From assembly GCA_038214755.1 (NCBI GenBank), contig JBBQRQ010000004.1, positions 32,001 through 96,000 on the forward strand: 64,000 bases of DNA, read 5' to 3'. Both the position numbers and the translations under genes were made by a program. The notes beneath the pieces were generated by a model. The model was not told where the DNA came from, did not search any database, and worked only from the letters and a program-made list of their open reading frames with translations. Shown here one piece after another: positions 48,351 to 58,449 of the stretch (position 1 is its first letter; the number at the start of each line of letters is the position of its first letter). The stretch comes from Verrucomicrobiota bacterium. Lineage in GTDB: Bacteria > Verrucomicrobiota > Verrucomicrobiia > Limisphaerales > CANJXF01.

Positions 48351-48483
48351 GTAGCGCAGGATTTCATCCTGCTGTATCGCCGGTTTGCAACCGGCAGAAC
48401 GCTGGCAGATTCAACGCGCTCGAAAAATCCAGACGCCCGCAGGTTGCAAACCTGCGATACAGCAGCTTAAAAAGCTGCGCTAC
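48351..48483. repeat. Family B REP pair
   Basis: GTAGCGCAGG...GTATCGCCGGTTTGCAACCGGCAG ... CTGCGCTAC. Confidence 0.85.
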
Positions 48484-48627
48484 GAAATTCTCCCATTCCA
48501 AAAATGTCCCCGTAACTTCCTGTAACAAGCTATCTCGTCAGCGCGTCATTTGGTTTGTCCGACGGCTTTAAAAATTGTAAGCTCTGGATAATTCAAATGC
48601 TCAATTCAAAATCCACTTCTCCTCTGT

Positions 48628-50040
48628 ATGTTTGAAACTTGTGATAACTGTGACTATCGCCCGATCTTTTCGCGCCGCGATTTTTTGAGTCGGTTGGGAA
48701 TGGGCTTTGGCGCGCTCGGTCTGGGCGCGTTGTTGAACGAAGAACTTCTTTGCTCCGCCAACGCAGCCGATGCCAGCCTCTCGCCGCTCTCTCCGAGAAA
48801 TCCGCATTTCCCTGTCAAAGCAAAACGGGTCATTCACATTTTCGCCAATGGCGCGCCGTCGCAGGTCGATACCTGGGACCCGAAACCTTCTCTCGCAAAA
48901 TATTCCGGCAAATCGATCGGCGATGGAAAGGGCGTCGCCATGGCGTCGCCCTTCAAATTTCAGAAGTATGGAAAATCCGGAATCGAGGTCAGCGAAGTTT
49001 TTCCGAACCTCGCTCAACACGTTGACGAAATGGCGATCATCCGCTCAATGAAAACGGATATTCCCGCCCACGAAATTGCGACGGTGATGATGAACACCGG
49101 GTCGCGCCAACTCGCCAAGCCGTGTCTCGGTTCGTGGTCGGTGTATGGACTGGGCACAGAAAATCAAAACATGCCGGGATTTATTTCGTTGCGAAATGGC
49201 GGCGGGCTCCCGAATGGCGGCACGCAAAATTGGGGCGCGGCATTTTTGCCGGGAGTTTATCAAGGCACGAGCGTCAACACGCAAGCGGCGTCCGTCGAGG
49301 AGATGATTCAAAATATAAAAAATCCTTACGTCTCGACAGAGGAGCAGCGCCGCCAACTCGATCTCATTCATCAGCTCAACGAATTGCACGCGCAAAATGC
49401 GCAGAAGGAAGCCCAACTCGAAGCGCGCATTGAGGCTTACGAAATCGCTTTCAAAATGCAGGCTGCGGCAAGCGACGCTTTTGATTATCGCAAAGAGCCG
49501 GAAAATATTCGCGAGCTTTACGGCAACACCGGGCAGGGCCGCCAACTGCTCATCGCGCGACGCTTGCTCGAACGCGGCGTTCGTTTTGTTCAAGTCTGGG
49601 CCGGCGGCTGGGACCATCACCAGGACATCGAAACGAAGTTGCCCGAACGCGCGAAGGAAATCGACAAACCGCTCGCCGCATTTTTGACCGACATGAAACA
49701 ACGCGGTTTGCTCGACAGCACGCTCGTCATTTGGGGTGGAGAATTTGGCCGTCAACCGACCCGCGACCGCAATGGCAATGACAATCCCGGACGCGACCAC
49801 AATGCAAAAGCATTTTCAGTTTGGATGGCGGGCGGCGGAGTGAAAGGCGGAACCATTTATGGTGCGACCGATGAATTCGGCGCGAAGTCAGTCGAAAATC
49901 CGGTGCACGTCCACGATTTGCACGCGACGATTTTGGCGTTGCTCGGCTTCGATCACAAAAAATTAACGTACCGATACAACGGGAGAGATTTTCGTTTGAC
50001 GGATGTGAGTGGGGAAGTGGTTAAAGGAGTGATTGCGTGA
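48628..50040 (+). CDS. DUF1501 domain protein (Tat signal)
   Basis: SRRDFL, AKRVIHIF..GAPSQVDTWDPKP, GEFGR, GRDHN, RLTDV. Confidence 0.92.
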   Translation: MFETCDNCDYRPIFSRRDFLSRLGMGFGALGLGALLNEELLCSANAADASLSPLSPRNPHFPVKAKRVIHIFANGAPSQVDTWDPKPSLAKYSGKSIGDGKGVAMASPFKFQKYGKSGIEVSEVFPNLAQHVDEMAIIRSMKTDIPAHEIATVMMNTGSRQLAKPCLGSWSVYGLGTENQNMPGFISLRNGGGLPNGGTQNWGAAFLPGVYQGTSVNTQAASVEEMIQNIKNPYVSTEEQRRQLDLIHQLNELHAQNAQKEAQLEARIEAYEIAFKMQAAASDAFDYRKEPENIRELYGNTGQGRQLLIARRLLERGVRFVQVWAGGWDHHQDIETKLPERAKEIDKPLAAFLTDMKQRGLLDSTLVIWGGEFGRQPTRDRNGNDNPGRDHNAKAFSVWMAGGGVKGGTIYGATDEFGAKSVENPVHVHDLHATILALLGFDHKKLTYRYNGRDFRLTDVSGEVVKGVIA

Positions 50041-50079
50041 GGAAATGAAATGTCTCGAAAAGAAAGAGTTTTATGAGGC

Positions 50080-50832
50080 TCAGAAAAATGGGTCGCGGTC
50101 ATAATAAACCAGTTTTCCGTCAGCACGAAAAACCAGATCGATCTTGCTGGATAATCCGTTATTCGGATCAGCCCCCGTCGGAAGCATGTCTACCGAAGCG
50201 CCGCCCGCAAGCCCTCCGGCGGCACCGGTTGGTTTGATGATGCATTCATTCCGTTTGAACTCTACCCCCGAGTCGGCCTTCACCATAGATATAACTTCCT
50301 CTTTGGTGATCGGAACAGTAATGTCGGGCTTAGAATCATCCGCTCGCAATGAGTTTAGAGACTGCAGTGCATTTCCGTCAGCCATATAGAACACCTTTGC
50401 AGGGCCTTGTTTCGGTTCTTGGATGGTTAAGGTAATCCCGCTAATAACAAAGGTGTAGAGGTTTGGTTTCATTAAGCTATGGAATTTTTCCAATGTCACT
50501 TCCTTTGGATCGAACAAAACGCGTCCATCGTAGGCTTCGCACCACTTGTTTATCGCGGGCCGAAATTTATCTCTAAACTTTTTAGCAAACTCGGCTCGTT
50601 CGGCATCCGTAAACGCAACTGCGCTAATAGAGTTACCACTCCTACTCCAAGCCGTTGAATTTGTTTTTGGGGGAGAAATGTGTTCCGGCTCGGGTAGAAC
50701 AATAGATGCTTTTGAGGAAACAGGCCATTCCGGGACCGTCCGACTTTCTCGAAATCGGACGATCCAAAAAACTAGCGATGAGACGCCCAAAAGACACACC
50801 ACCCCGACCAGAAGCCGTTTTAGTTTCATCAC
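50080..50832 (-). CDS. Hypothetical membrane-anchored protein
   Basis: 250-aa ORF with N-terminal TM, 3 nt downstream of the large secreted gene. Confidence 0.7.
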   Translation of the reverse strand: MMKLKRLLVGVVCLLGVSSLVFWIVRFRESRTVPEWPVSSKASIVLPEPEHISPPKTNSTAWSRSGNSISAVAFTDAERAEFAKKFRDKFRPAINKWCEAYDGRVLFDPKEVTLEKFHSLMKPNLYTFVISGITLTIQEPKQGPAKVFYMADGNALQSLNSLRADDSKPDITVPITKEEVISMVKADSGVEFKRNECIIKPTGAAGGLAGGASVDMLPTGADPNNGLSSKIDLVFRADGKLVYYDRDPFF

Positions 50833-50835
50833 ATT

Positions 50836-53085
50836 CTACGGCCGTTTAACGTGGGTTGTGTTGAGGTTTCTCAACTCATCATCATAGATGCTACTGTAAA
50901 CACATTTCTTGAAGCCTATCAGCACCGGAATGCCATTGGTTAGTTCGACGTATCGGTTGATAGTTGACTGCACTGCGTATCGAAAAGAGTAAGTTGGATC
51001 ACATCCCCCCGGATATTGGTTCAGTCCGCAAACCCAAGTTTGATCCATTACAGCCGCGACTTCGCAGGTTACTTTATTCTCGCTGTTAGCACGTCCAAAA
51101 CCTCCTTGAGGAAGCTTACCGGCAAAAAACAGACCGCAATTCTTATACATCAAACCGTTATCTTGTTGAGCATTGGGCAGCATTCCACACGCTTCAAACC
51201 AGTTTATATATTGGCCGCCGGCAGTTGCGCCATAGGAAAGATCGCCACTGTAGCATGTCCACAACGCCGCTTTTCTAAGTCTCCATTTCTGATGATCGGG
51301 ATACCCTCGAACATAGTATAATAAGTCCGCAGGATCGAACTTGTCTGGAAGATAATCGCCTCCTCCGATGGTCGCGCCGCTGCCATGCGCTTGCGCAATC
51401 GTGAATTCCGAGAAATAAACGTTTGTTAGGGTGTTAATGATGTTAGATCGCCAAAAGATCGATTGTGAGTAATACGGATAACACGCCGCCAAATTACGAT
51501 TAGTTCCCACCACCGTGGGACTGTACCATGTCAATGAATAGGCCCGATAAATGTCTTGATATAGCGTTTTCAAATCTCCATTGATACTGTAGTCGGCCCT
51601 GCTGTTAAGATACGAACCCGTAGTGTTAGCAGGATCTTCCCACTGATAGGTTAAGAGGCAACCTGCTCCGGGCCTAACTCCACCCCGGACTACCCTATTC
51701 GTGATTGTCAGGGTCGCCGAATTCGATGCCGTGAAGGTCACCTTATAGGTATCATTCGTGTATGCCGTCACCCCATTTGTCCCAGTGAAATTCCAAGAGA
51801 GCGACACCGTTGCCGCATACGGCACGTTGCCTGCGAAACTCTTTATTGTTTGCCCGTTGGAAGGATCGGAGATGGTCGCCGTAATGTATCGCGCTTGATC
51901 AATGCTGAAGTAAATGTAATTCGTACCGACATCGGGCGAACAATTATCGCTTGCGAAAAGAAGGTAAGTCTCGTTATCGAAATCCAAAGGAATGGAGGCC
52001 GACCCGCTGAAAAAAAGTTTAGCCTTATCCGGTGGGTTTGTCGGGTTGTAAACGCGAGCGCTATTTTCAAATGCAGTGATATAGACGTTGCCCACATCGT
52101 TTGGGTTATATCGCGTATCAATAGTGATTACGTTGCTTGCTCCCAGAGTATAGCGAGCCAGAGGTCCATCCACGTTCACATTGAACTGGACATTTGTCAC
52201 ACCGCTCAAATCTAGAACCGTCGCAGTTAATGTCATCGTATTGCTCACCACGTCATACGGTTGAGCCCCCGTTATTTCAATGACTGGACCGCTGTAGGGA
52301 ATCGCTTTGAAAAAGGCGGTATAATCGGGCGCGACATTTGTAATCAGAAAAAACATCGTGTCTGTGACCTCCCAATTAGGAACCGTGCCTTGAACCAGCC
52401 AACCGTCCTCACTATCCGACGCGCCCAGGAAGTCGATACTTTTCCAAGTAGGCCTATCGACGGTGTCGGAAATCAGGAGCGCAAAATCTCGTGACTCCGC
52501 CGAGTAATCGAAATGGTTGGCTTTGACTATGACGGCATTGGTTCCGTACGACGCAATTTGAAGATTCGCTGCGGTGTTTGTATTGTCGGGAAATGATACG
52601 CAAGCGTTGTAAAGGTTAGAGTCGGTCAACGCGATGGCATTTGTATCCAGCAACAAGAATGAGTGATTCATAAACTTCTCATAATTCCTGCGAGTGTCAG
52701 GAATAGGATCAAGAGCCGGATCGCCTTCCTCATCGCCCGAACTGGGAACATTTAGCGATGCGTTCGACCCTTTTTCTTTTCTCAAACTTACATAATCAAA
52801 ATTAGAATCATCGATCAGGAATTGTCCATTTCCCAAGTCGTAAGTTGGCAGGGTAAGATTGGATGGCGGGCAAGGAAATGGAGGCATCGGTTGACCACTC
52901 GGGCCGACGGCCAACCAGAACGTACCGGACTTCGGCACTTCTTCGGTTGGAATTAATTTCAGTTCGGTTCTTTGAGCTTGCTCATAGGCAGTCCCAAAAG
53001 GTTGAGCGGAGGTCGATTGATCAAATGAGACGGCAATCAATGCGAGGCCGATCCGCGACCACATAATTTTATTCCGGATTTTCAT
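50836..53085 (-). CDS. Large secreted hypothetical protein, possible C-terminal His-Cys hydrolase domain
   Basis: Signal peptide MKIRNKIMW...SA; Thr/Asn-rich beta region; QAHGSG and LWTCYSG. Confidence 0.7.
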   Translation of the reverse strand: MKIRNKIMWSRIGLALIAVSFDQSTSAQPFGTAYEQAQRTELKLIPTEEVPKSGTFWLAVGPSGQPMPPFPCPPSNLTLPTYDLGNGQFLIDDSNFDYVSLRKEKGSNASLNVPSSGDEEGDPALDPIPDTRRNYEKFMNHSFLLLDTNAIALTDSNLYNACVSFPDNTNTAANLQIASYGTNAVIVKANHFDYSAESRDFALLISDTVDRPTWKSIDFLGASDSEDGWLVQGTVPNWEVTDTMFFLITNVAPDYTAFFKAIPYSGPVIEITGAQPYDVVSNTMTLTATVLDLSGVTNVQFNVNVDGPLARYTLGASNVITIDTRYNPNDVGNVYITAFENSARVYNPTNPPDKAKLFFSGSASIPLDFDNETYLLFASDNCSPDVGTNYIYFSIDQARYITATISDPSNGQTIKSFAGNVPYAATVSLSWNFTGTNGVTAYTNDTYKVTFTASNSATLTITNRVVRGGVRPGAGCLLTYQWEDPANTTGSYLNSRADYSINGDLKTLYQDIYRAYSLTWYSPTVVGTNRNLAACYPYYSQSIFWRSNIINTLTNVYFSEFTIAQAHGSGATIGGGDYLPDKFDPADLLYYVRGYPDHQKWRLRKAALWTCYSGDLSYGATAGGQYINWFEACGMLPNAQQDNGLMYKNCGLFFAGKLPQGGFGRANSENKVTCEVAAVMDQTWVCGLNQYPGGCDPTYSFRYAVQSTINRYVELTNGIPVLIGFKKCVYSSIYDDELRNLNTTHVKRP

Positions 53086-53587
53086 AGGTTTTATTTTGCT
53101 TTCTCCGAGCGTTGTGCCCGGACGCGGATTTCTTGGAAGGATTGTGGAAGAAGGAAACGCGCCTAGCGCATTTTCCTTCGACCAGGGACCGCGACCAAGC
53201 GAACCCTTCCTCAGAAAAGTACACCAGGACGCGCGATGGAACGCACGTCGAGGTGGACTTCTGAGGAAAAAAGGATTGGTCGCGGTTTTTTCGGTCAAAG
53301 GAATCCGAGTCCTCGCACTGCAAAGACTCACGCCGGAAAGATAAAAAACTTCCGGCTATGAAAAAGAACTGCTGCTTTACTAAAACAAGCGGCTCACAAC
53401 TACAAGCATTGATTCAATTTTTGATTTTATTTTTTCGCAGCGCTGGCTGGCGGCGACGCTGGTGAAGGATTTGGCCGCAGAATGAAAACCGTTTCACTCC
53501 GCCGAGGTTTTTGTAACGAGCGTTCTCCCCAGCCCGTCATTTAGTTTGTCCGCCGTCTTTCGATGTTGTAGGCTCCGGGCAATTCAA

Positions 53588-56059
53588 ATGTTCAACCTGA
53601 AATTCATCTCCTTCGCCGCCTTCGTGTCCGTCGCGAGACTCCATGCCGCCGCACTGACGCCCGATCAATTAAATTTTTTCGAAAGTAAAATCCGTCCCAT
53701 CTTCGTGGACAATTGTTACAAGTGTCACAGTCACGAAGCCGAGAAACTCAAAGGCGGTCTCTCACTCGAATATCGCGAAAGTATTTTGAAGGGCGGCGAA
53801 AATGGTCCGGCCATTGTCCCCGGCGATCCGGGAAAAAGTCTCTTGATAAAAGCCGTCCGCTATCTAGACGCCGATTTGCAGATGCCGCCGAAAGACAAAA
53901 AACTTTCTGACACACAAATCAATGACCTCGTGGCGTGGGTGAAAATGGGCGCGCCCGATCCGCGCGTTGCAGGCGCGACCGTGGCGAGCAAAGGTTGGGG
54001 AAAAATGGCGAAGGAACATTGGGCTTTCAAGCCGGTTAAAAGAGTAGCGGTGCCGGATTTGAGCAATTTGGGAAAAGGAGAAAAGGAGAAAGGGGGTAAG
54101 GGAGAAAGCCCCTCTGCTCCTTCTCCCCTTTTCACCTCTTCAAACCCAATCGACGCCTTTATAATCGTCAAGCTGCGCGAGAATGGGATGACGATGTCGC
54201 AGGCCGCCGACAAACGAACGCTCATTCGCCGCGCGACATTTGATTTGGTTGGCCTGCCGCCTTCGCCCGAGGAAGTAAAAGCGTTTGTCGATGATACCTC
54301 GACCAATGCGTTCGCCAAAATCGTGGATCGTCTCCTTGCCTCGCCGCATTACGGAGAACGTTGGGGAAGATATTGGTTGGACACCGCGCGTTATTCCGAC
54401 ACGAAAGGCGACGTGAAAAAAAATCAGGAGTCGCCGCTCTATCCCTTTGCCTGGACGTATCGCGATTACGTTATTCGCTCTTTCAATGAGGACAAGCCAT
54501 TTAACCGTTTTCTCATGGAGCAGATCGCGGCTGACAAAATGCCGATGGATAAAGACCGCAGTTCGCTCGCGGCGTTGGGATTTTTAACTTTGGGCGATCA
54601 TTTCAACGGAAATCAAAATGACATCATCAACGACCGCATCGACGTGGTTTGCAAAGGGACGATGGGACTGACGGTGAGTTGTGCGCGCTGCCACGATCAC
54701 AAGTTCGATCCGATTCCGACGAAAGATTATTATTCGTTGCGCGGGATTTTCGCCAGCTCCGTGGAACCAGGGGAGGAACCGATTTTGGGCAGCGTACAAA
54801 TGACGGCGGATTATAAAGATTATGCGACGAAAGCCAATGCGTTGAACCAAAAAGTAGCCTCACTGGAAGTGGAGCGGCGGGCGTTGCGCAAGAGCGGCGG
54901 AAAAAAACCGCGCAAGGAATTGCAGAAGGAGGAAATCGAAATCCGCCGGGACATTGCGCGATTGGAAATGACTCATGCCGGCGCGCCTGCTCGTGCGATG
55001 GCGTTGCTCGATTCGACCAAGCCAAAAGATTCAGTGGTCTTCATTCGCGGCGAAGCGGAAAACAAAGGCGAAGTTGCCCCGAGACGTTTTCTGGAAATTT
55101 TGTCCGGGCCAAATCGCGCTCCGTTTCAAAATGGGAGCGGTCGCCTGGAACTCGCTCAGGCCATCGTCAATCCCTACAATCCCTTGACGGCACGGGTGGC
55201 GGTGAATCGCGTTTGGATGCATCACTTCGGCGAAGGATTTGTCACAACGCCGGACGATTTTGGAAATCAATCCGAGCCGCCGAGTCATCCCGAACTGCTG
55301 GATTATCTGACGGCGAAATTTATTCAGGAAGGTTGGTCGCTCAAAAAATTGCATCGCGAGATTATGCTTTCGAGGACGTATCAACAGAGCAGCGAGGGCA
55401 ATCCGCGTTACGCGCAAACGGATCCGCAAAATCGCTTGCTTTGGCGCGCGAACATTCAGCGATTGGAATTTGAAGCGGTGCGCGATTCCATTCTCGCGAT
55501 TGGCGGCGACATCGATCTCAAGATGGGCGGGCGTCCAGTGAACCTCGGCGAAAAAGGTTACTCACTTCGTCGCACCATTTACGGTTACATCGACCGCCGG
55601 AATTTGCCGGAAGTTTACAATCAATTTGATTTTGCCAACCCCGACATCACGAGCGGCAAGCGTTACGAAACGACCGTGCCGCAACAGGCGTTGTTTATGA
55701 TGAACAGTCCGCTGGTGGTGGAGCAGGCGAGAAATCTGGTTGAGCAATCGGAGTTTGTTTCTTTGCGGGATGAAGAGAAGCGAATCCGTTTTCTTTACGA
55801 ACGAATTTTCCAGCGCGAACCGAGTTCAATTGAGACGAAACTTGCGTTGGGTTTCATCAACGATTCGCCGCCGCCAGAAAAAATTACGACCGAAGCGCGC
55901 GAACAATTTCGCCGTGAAAAAGGAAAACAAGGCGGAAAAAAATACGGCCCAGCCATGAGTCTCGCCAATATTCCCGCTTCAGAACTTCGACGCTTGGGCG
56001 CGTGGGAGAAATTCGCCCACGCCCTGCTCCAAACCAACGAGGCACTCTTCGTGAACTAA
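53588..56059 (+). CDS. PSD1 / planctomycete cytochrome c domain protein (DUF1549/DUF1553)
   Basis: FFESKIRP, CYKCH, HWAF, YGERWGRYWLD, CARCHDHKFDPI, NPLTARVAVNRVW. Confidence 0.93.
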   Translation: MFNLKFISFAAFVSVARLHAAALTPDQLNFFESKIRPIFVDNCYKCHSHEAEKLKGGLSLEYRESILKGGENGPAIVPGDPGKSLLIKAVRYLDADLQMPPKDKKLSDTQINDLVAWVKMGAPDPRVAGATVASKGWGKMAKEHWAFKPVKRVAVPDLSNLGKGEKEKGGKGESPSAPSPLFTSSNPIDAFIIVKLRENGMTMSQAADKRTLIRRATFDLVGLPPSPEEVKAFVDDTSTNAFAKIVDRLLASPHYGERWGRYWLDTARYSDTKGDVKKNQESPLYPFAWTYRDYVIRSFNEDKPFNRFLMEQIAADKMPMDKDRSSLAALGFLTLGDHFNGNQNDIINDRIDVVCKGTMGLTVSCARCHDHKFDPIPTKDYYSLRGIFASSVEPGEEPILGSVQMTADYKDYATKANALNQKVASLEVERRALRKSGGKKPRKELQKEEIEIRRDIARLEMTHAGAPARAMALLDSTKPKDSVVFIRGEAENKGEVAPRRFLEILSGPNRAPFQNGSGRLELAQAIVNPYNPLTARVAVNRVWMHHFGEGFVTTPDDFGNQSEPPSHPELLDYLTAKFIQEGWSLKKLHREIMLSRTYQQSSEGNPRYAQTDPQNRLLWRANIQRLEFEAVRDSILAIGGDIDLKMGGRPVNLGEKGYSLRRTIYGYIDRRNLPEVYNQFDFANPDITSGKRYETTVPQQALFMMNSPLVVEQARNLVEQSEFVSLRDEEKRIRFLYERIFQREPSSIETKLALGFINDSPPPEKITTEAREQFRREKGKQGGKKYGPAMSLANIPASELRRLGAWEKFAHALLQTNEALFVN

Positions 56060-56110
56060 CCTCGACCATTGTGGGCGACGACCACCGGCGCGCGGATTTC
56101 TTGCAAGATT

Positions 56111-56189
56111 AACGGAACGTCGATCTCCTGATCGGCTCGCGGAAATGAAAGCAGCGTTCCGATGCCGATCAGGAGATCGGCGTTCCGTT
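56111..56189. repeat. REP-like inverted pair (GGAACGYCGATCTCCTGATCGGC)
   Basis: ~26-bp near-perfect inverted repeat. Confidence 0.75.
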
Positions 56190-56346
56190 CTCACCTCTTT
56201 CCGATGATTTGAAACCTGCCATTTAGTGAGATGCGCCCCTTTCCGAAAAAGGAACTTGCTACCAGCCGATAGGCAGAGAACTGTTGCCGATGACCTCTCC
56301 GTCATCGGCGGAATATTAAAAAGCAAATTCCTCTCAAATCAATGCC

Positions 56347-58326
56347 ATGAAAATTATCTCGTTTCGGAAAATATTTTGCGCCGCTCTTCTCGGCATTCTC
56401 GGCGTGAGTGCAAGCCCTCCATCAGTCCTCGCTGCCACCCTCACCGTCCTCAACACCAACGACAGCGGCGCAGGCTCGCTGCGTCAGGCGCTCATCAACG
56501 CCGCCGCGACGAACGATGTCATCGTCTTCGCTCCCGACGTCACGGGCACGATCACGCTCACGAGCGGCGAGTTGTTCTTCACCAAAAGCCTCACCATCAT
56601 CGGGCCGGGCGCGACGAATCTGACCATCAGTGGCAACAACGCCAGTCGCGTGTTCAGTGTCAGCAGCGGTTTGATCAGCATCTCCGGTTTGCGCATCGCC
56701 AACGGCTTCGTCACTGGCAATCCCAATGCCCTTAATGGCGGCGGCGGAATTTTTAACAACAGCGCCAGACTGACCGTGCGAAACTGCGAGATCGTCAACA
56801 ATGTCCAATCGGGCGGCCTGAACACCGGCCAAGGCGGCGGGGTGTGGCATGTCAGTGGCACTTTTAGCGGTGATCCGACTGGCGGCGGTCGGTTGCTCCT
56901 GCAAAACTGCCTTTTCAGCGGCAACAGGGCCCTCGGGGGGAGCGGAGTGGACGGCGCTCTCCCGAATGGCGCTGGCGCTGATGCTGCCCCTGCGCAAGGC
57001 GGCGGACTCTTCATTTTTCCGAGCAGTGCAAACTCAGTGACGATTCAGGATTGCACTTTCATGAATAACTCCGCCATCGGCGGCACGGGTGGCAATGGCG
57101 TAGGCACCGGAGCGCGCGGTCGGGGTGGACGCGGCCAGGGCGGCGCGATTTTTGTCGGCGAAAATACTTTGCTCGTGGCGGATCGTTCTACATTCAAAAG
57201 GAATGAAGCCAATGGCGGCGCACGCGGCGCGGGCAGCAATACTCCCGTCGGAGGCAACGAGGCCCAAGGTCAGGGCGGCGGGATTTACGTCGTCGGATTC
57301 GCTGTCCTCAACGATTGCACATTGGACGATAACGAGGCCACGGGCGGTTCGGGCATCGATGGCACCTCGCTCATCGGCGCGCAGGGCCAGGGAGGCGGTT
57401 TATACTTTCAGTTTGGCGTCGTTTACCTAACCCGATGCGCCGTTATCAACAACGTGGCTGAAGGGGGCGCAGGTGGGAACGGCGGCGCAAGCGGTGCTGG
57501 CGAAGGCGGCGGTCTTTTCGTCAGATTCAATGGCAACCTGCTCCCGCTGCGTTTGATCAATAGCACAGTCGCCCTCAACATTGCCCGCGCGGCCAACCCC
57601 TCTGCGGCCGCCAGCGGAGGCGGCATCTGGACCGATGACGTGTTAAATGTGACCAACAGCACCATCGCTTTCAACGTCGTTCTCAGTGATGCCAGTGCCA
57701 GCGGCGGCGGTCTCCGGGTGAACAGCGGGACCACTACACTACGCAATACTCTCATCGGCAAAAACATTGCGAATGCGCTTCCGTCCGATGCGAGCGGCGC
57801 GGTCGCCTCGACCAGCGGCTACAATTTGATTGGAGTGGGTTCGGGGTTCGGCACGACGGTCACGGGCATTAGCCACGGCGTGAACAATAATCAAATCGGC
57901 ACGAGCGGCGCGCCGATTGACCCCAAGATGCACGGGCCCGCGCTCAACGGCGGCCTGACCAAAACCTGTTCGCTTGATAGTGACAGCCCCGCCATTAATA
58001 CAGGTGATGATGCGACCGCGCCAATCACAGATCAGCGCGGCGATACGCGCTTTAATGCGAGCGACATTGGCTCTTATGAATTTGGAGGCATCGCAGTATC
58101 GGGCTTACAGATACTGTCCATCACCCGTAACGGAACCGGGACGACAACGTTGCAGGGTCTCGGCGTCCCAAACGGCGTGCATAGAATTCAGGCGTCGTCC
58201 GATTTGAGTCCCGGCAGTTTCTTCGATCTGCCACCCACCGCGACCGCCGATGGGGCGGGTCTTTTGCAATATCAGGACGCAGCGACAAACGTCACGCAAC
58301 GATTTTACCGACTCGCTTTTCCGTAA
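56347..58326 (+). CDS. Secreted Gly-rich beta-helix protein (choice-of-anchor Q-like) with C-terminal RFYR domain
   Basis: VLNTNDSGAGSLRQA, repeated GGG(I/L), NGGLTKT..L..DSPAIN.G, TDQRG, DIGSYE. Confidence 0.85.
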   Translation: MKIISFRKIFCAALLGILGVSASPPSVLAATLTVLNTNDSGAGSLRQALINAAATNDVIVFAPDVTGTITLTSGELFFTKSLTIIGPGATNLTISGNNASRVFSVSSGLISISGLRIANGFVTGNPNALNGGGGIFNNSARLTVRNCEIVNNVQSGGLNTGQGGGVWHVSGTFSGDPTGGGRLLLQNCLFSGNRALGGSGVDGALPNGAGADAAPAQGGGLFIFPSSANSVTIQDCTFMNNSAIGGTGGNGVGTGARGRGGRGQGGAIFVGENTLLVADRSTFKRNEANGGARGAGSNTPVGGNEAQGQGGGIYVVGFAVLNDCTLDDNEATGGSGIDGTSLIGAQGQGGGLYFQFGVVYLTRCAVINNVAEGGAGGNGGASGAGEGGGLFVRFNGNLLPLRLINSTVALNIARAANPSAAASGGGIWTDDVLNVTNSTIAFNVVLSDASASGGGLRVNSGTTTLRNTLIGKNIANALPSDASGAVASTSGYNLIGVGSGFGTTVTGISHGVNNNQIGTSGAPIDPKMHGPALNGGLTKTCSLDSDSPAINTGDDATAPITDQRGDTRFNASDIGSYEFGGIAVSGLQILSITRNGTGTTTLQGLGVPNGVHRIQASSDLSPGSFFDLPPTATADGAGLLQYQDAATNVTQRFYRLAFP

Positions 58327-58449
58327 AGCGGAAGAATGTTCTGGCGATTATCTTCAGCGGCACTCGAAGGAACTGCAAAATTTTGGAAACCAGAGTTGAC
58401 ACTTGGAGAGGCTTTTGGTTTTATCACCGCCCCTTTGCGGGAAAAATTT

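Noticed and set aside
53086..53331. N-terminal extension of the 831-aa ORF
   Set aside because: Overlaps the structured hairpin region; the signal peptide begins at 53085.
56230..56312. Riboswitch upstream of the beta-helix protein
   Set aside because: Hairpins are present (GCCGATGAC/GTCATCGGC) but I could not match c-di-GMP or other aptamer consensus.
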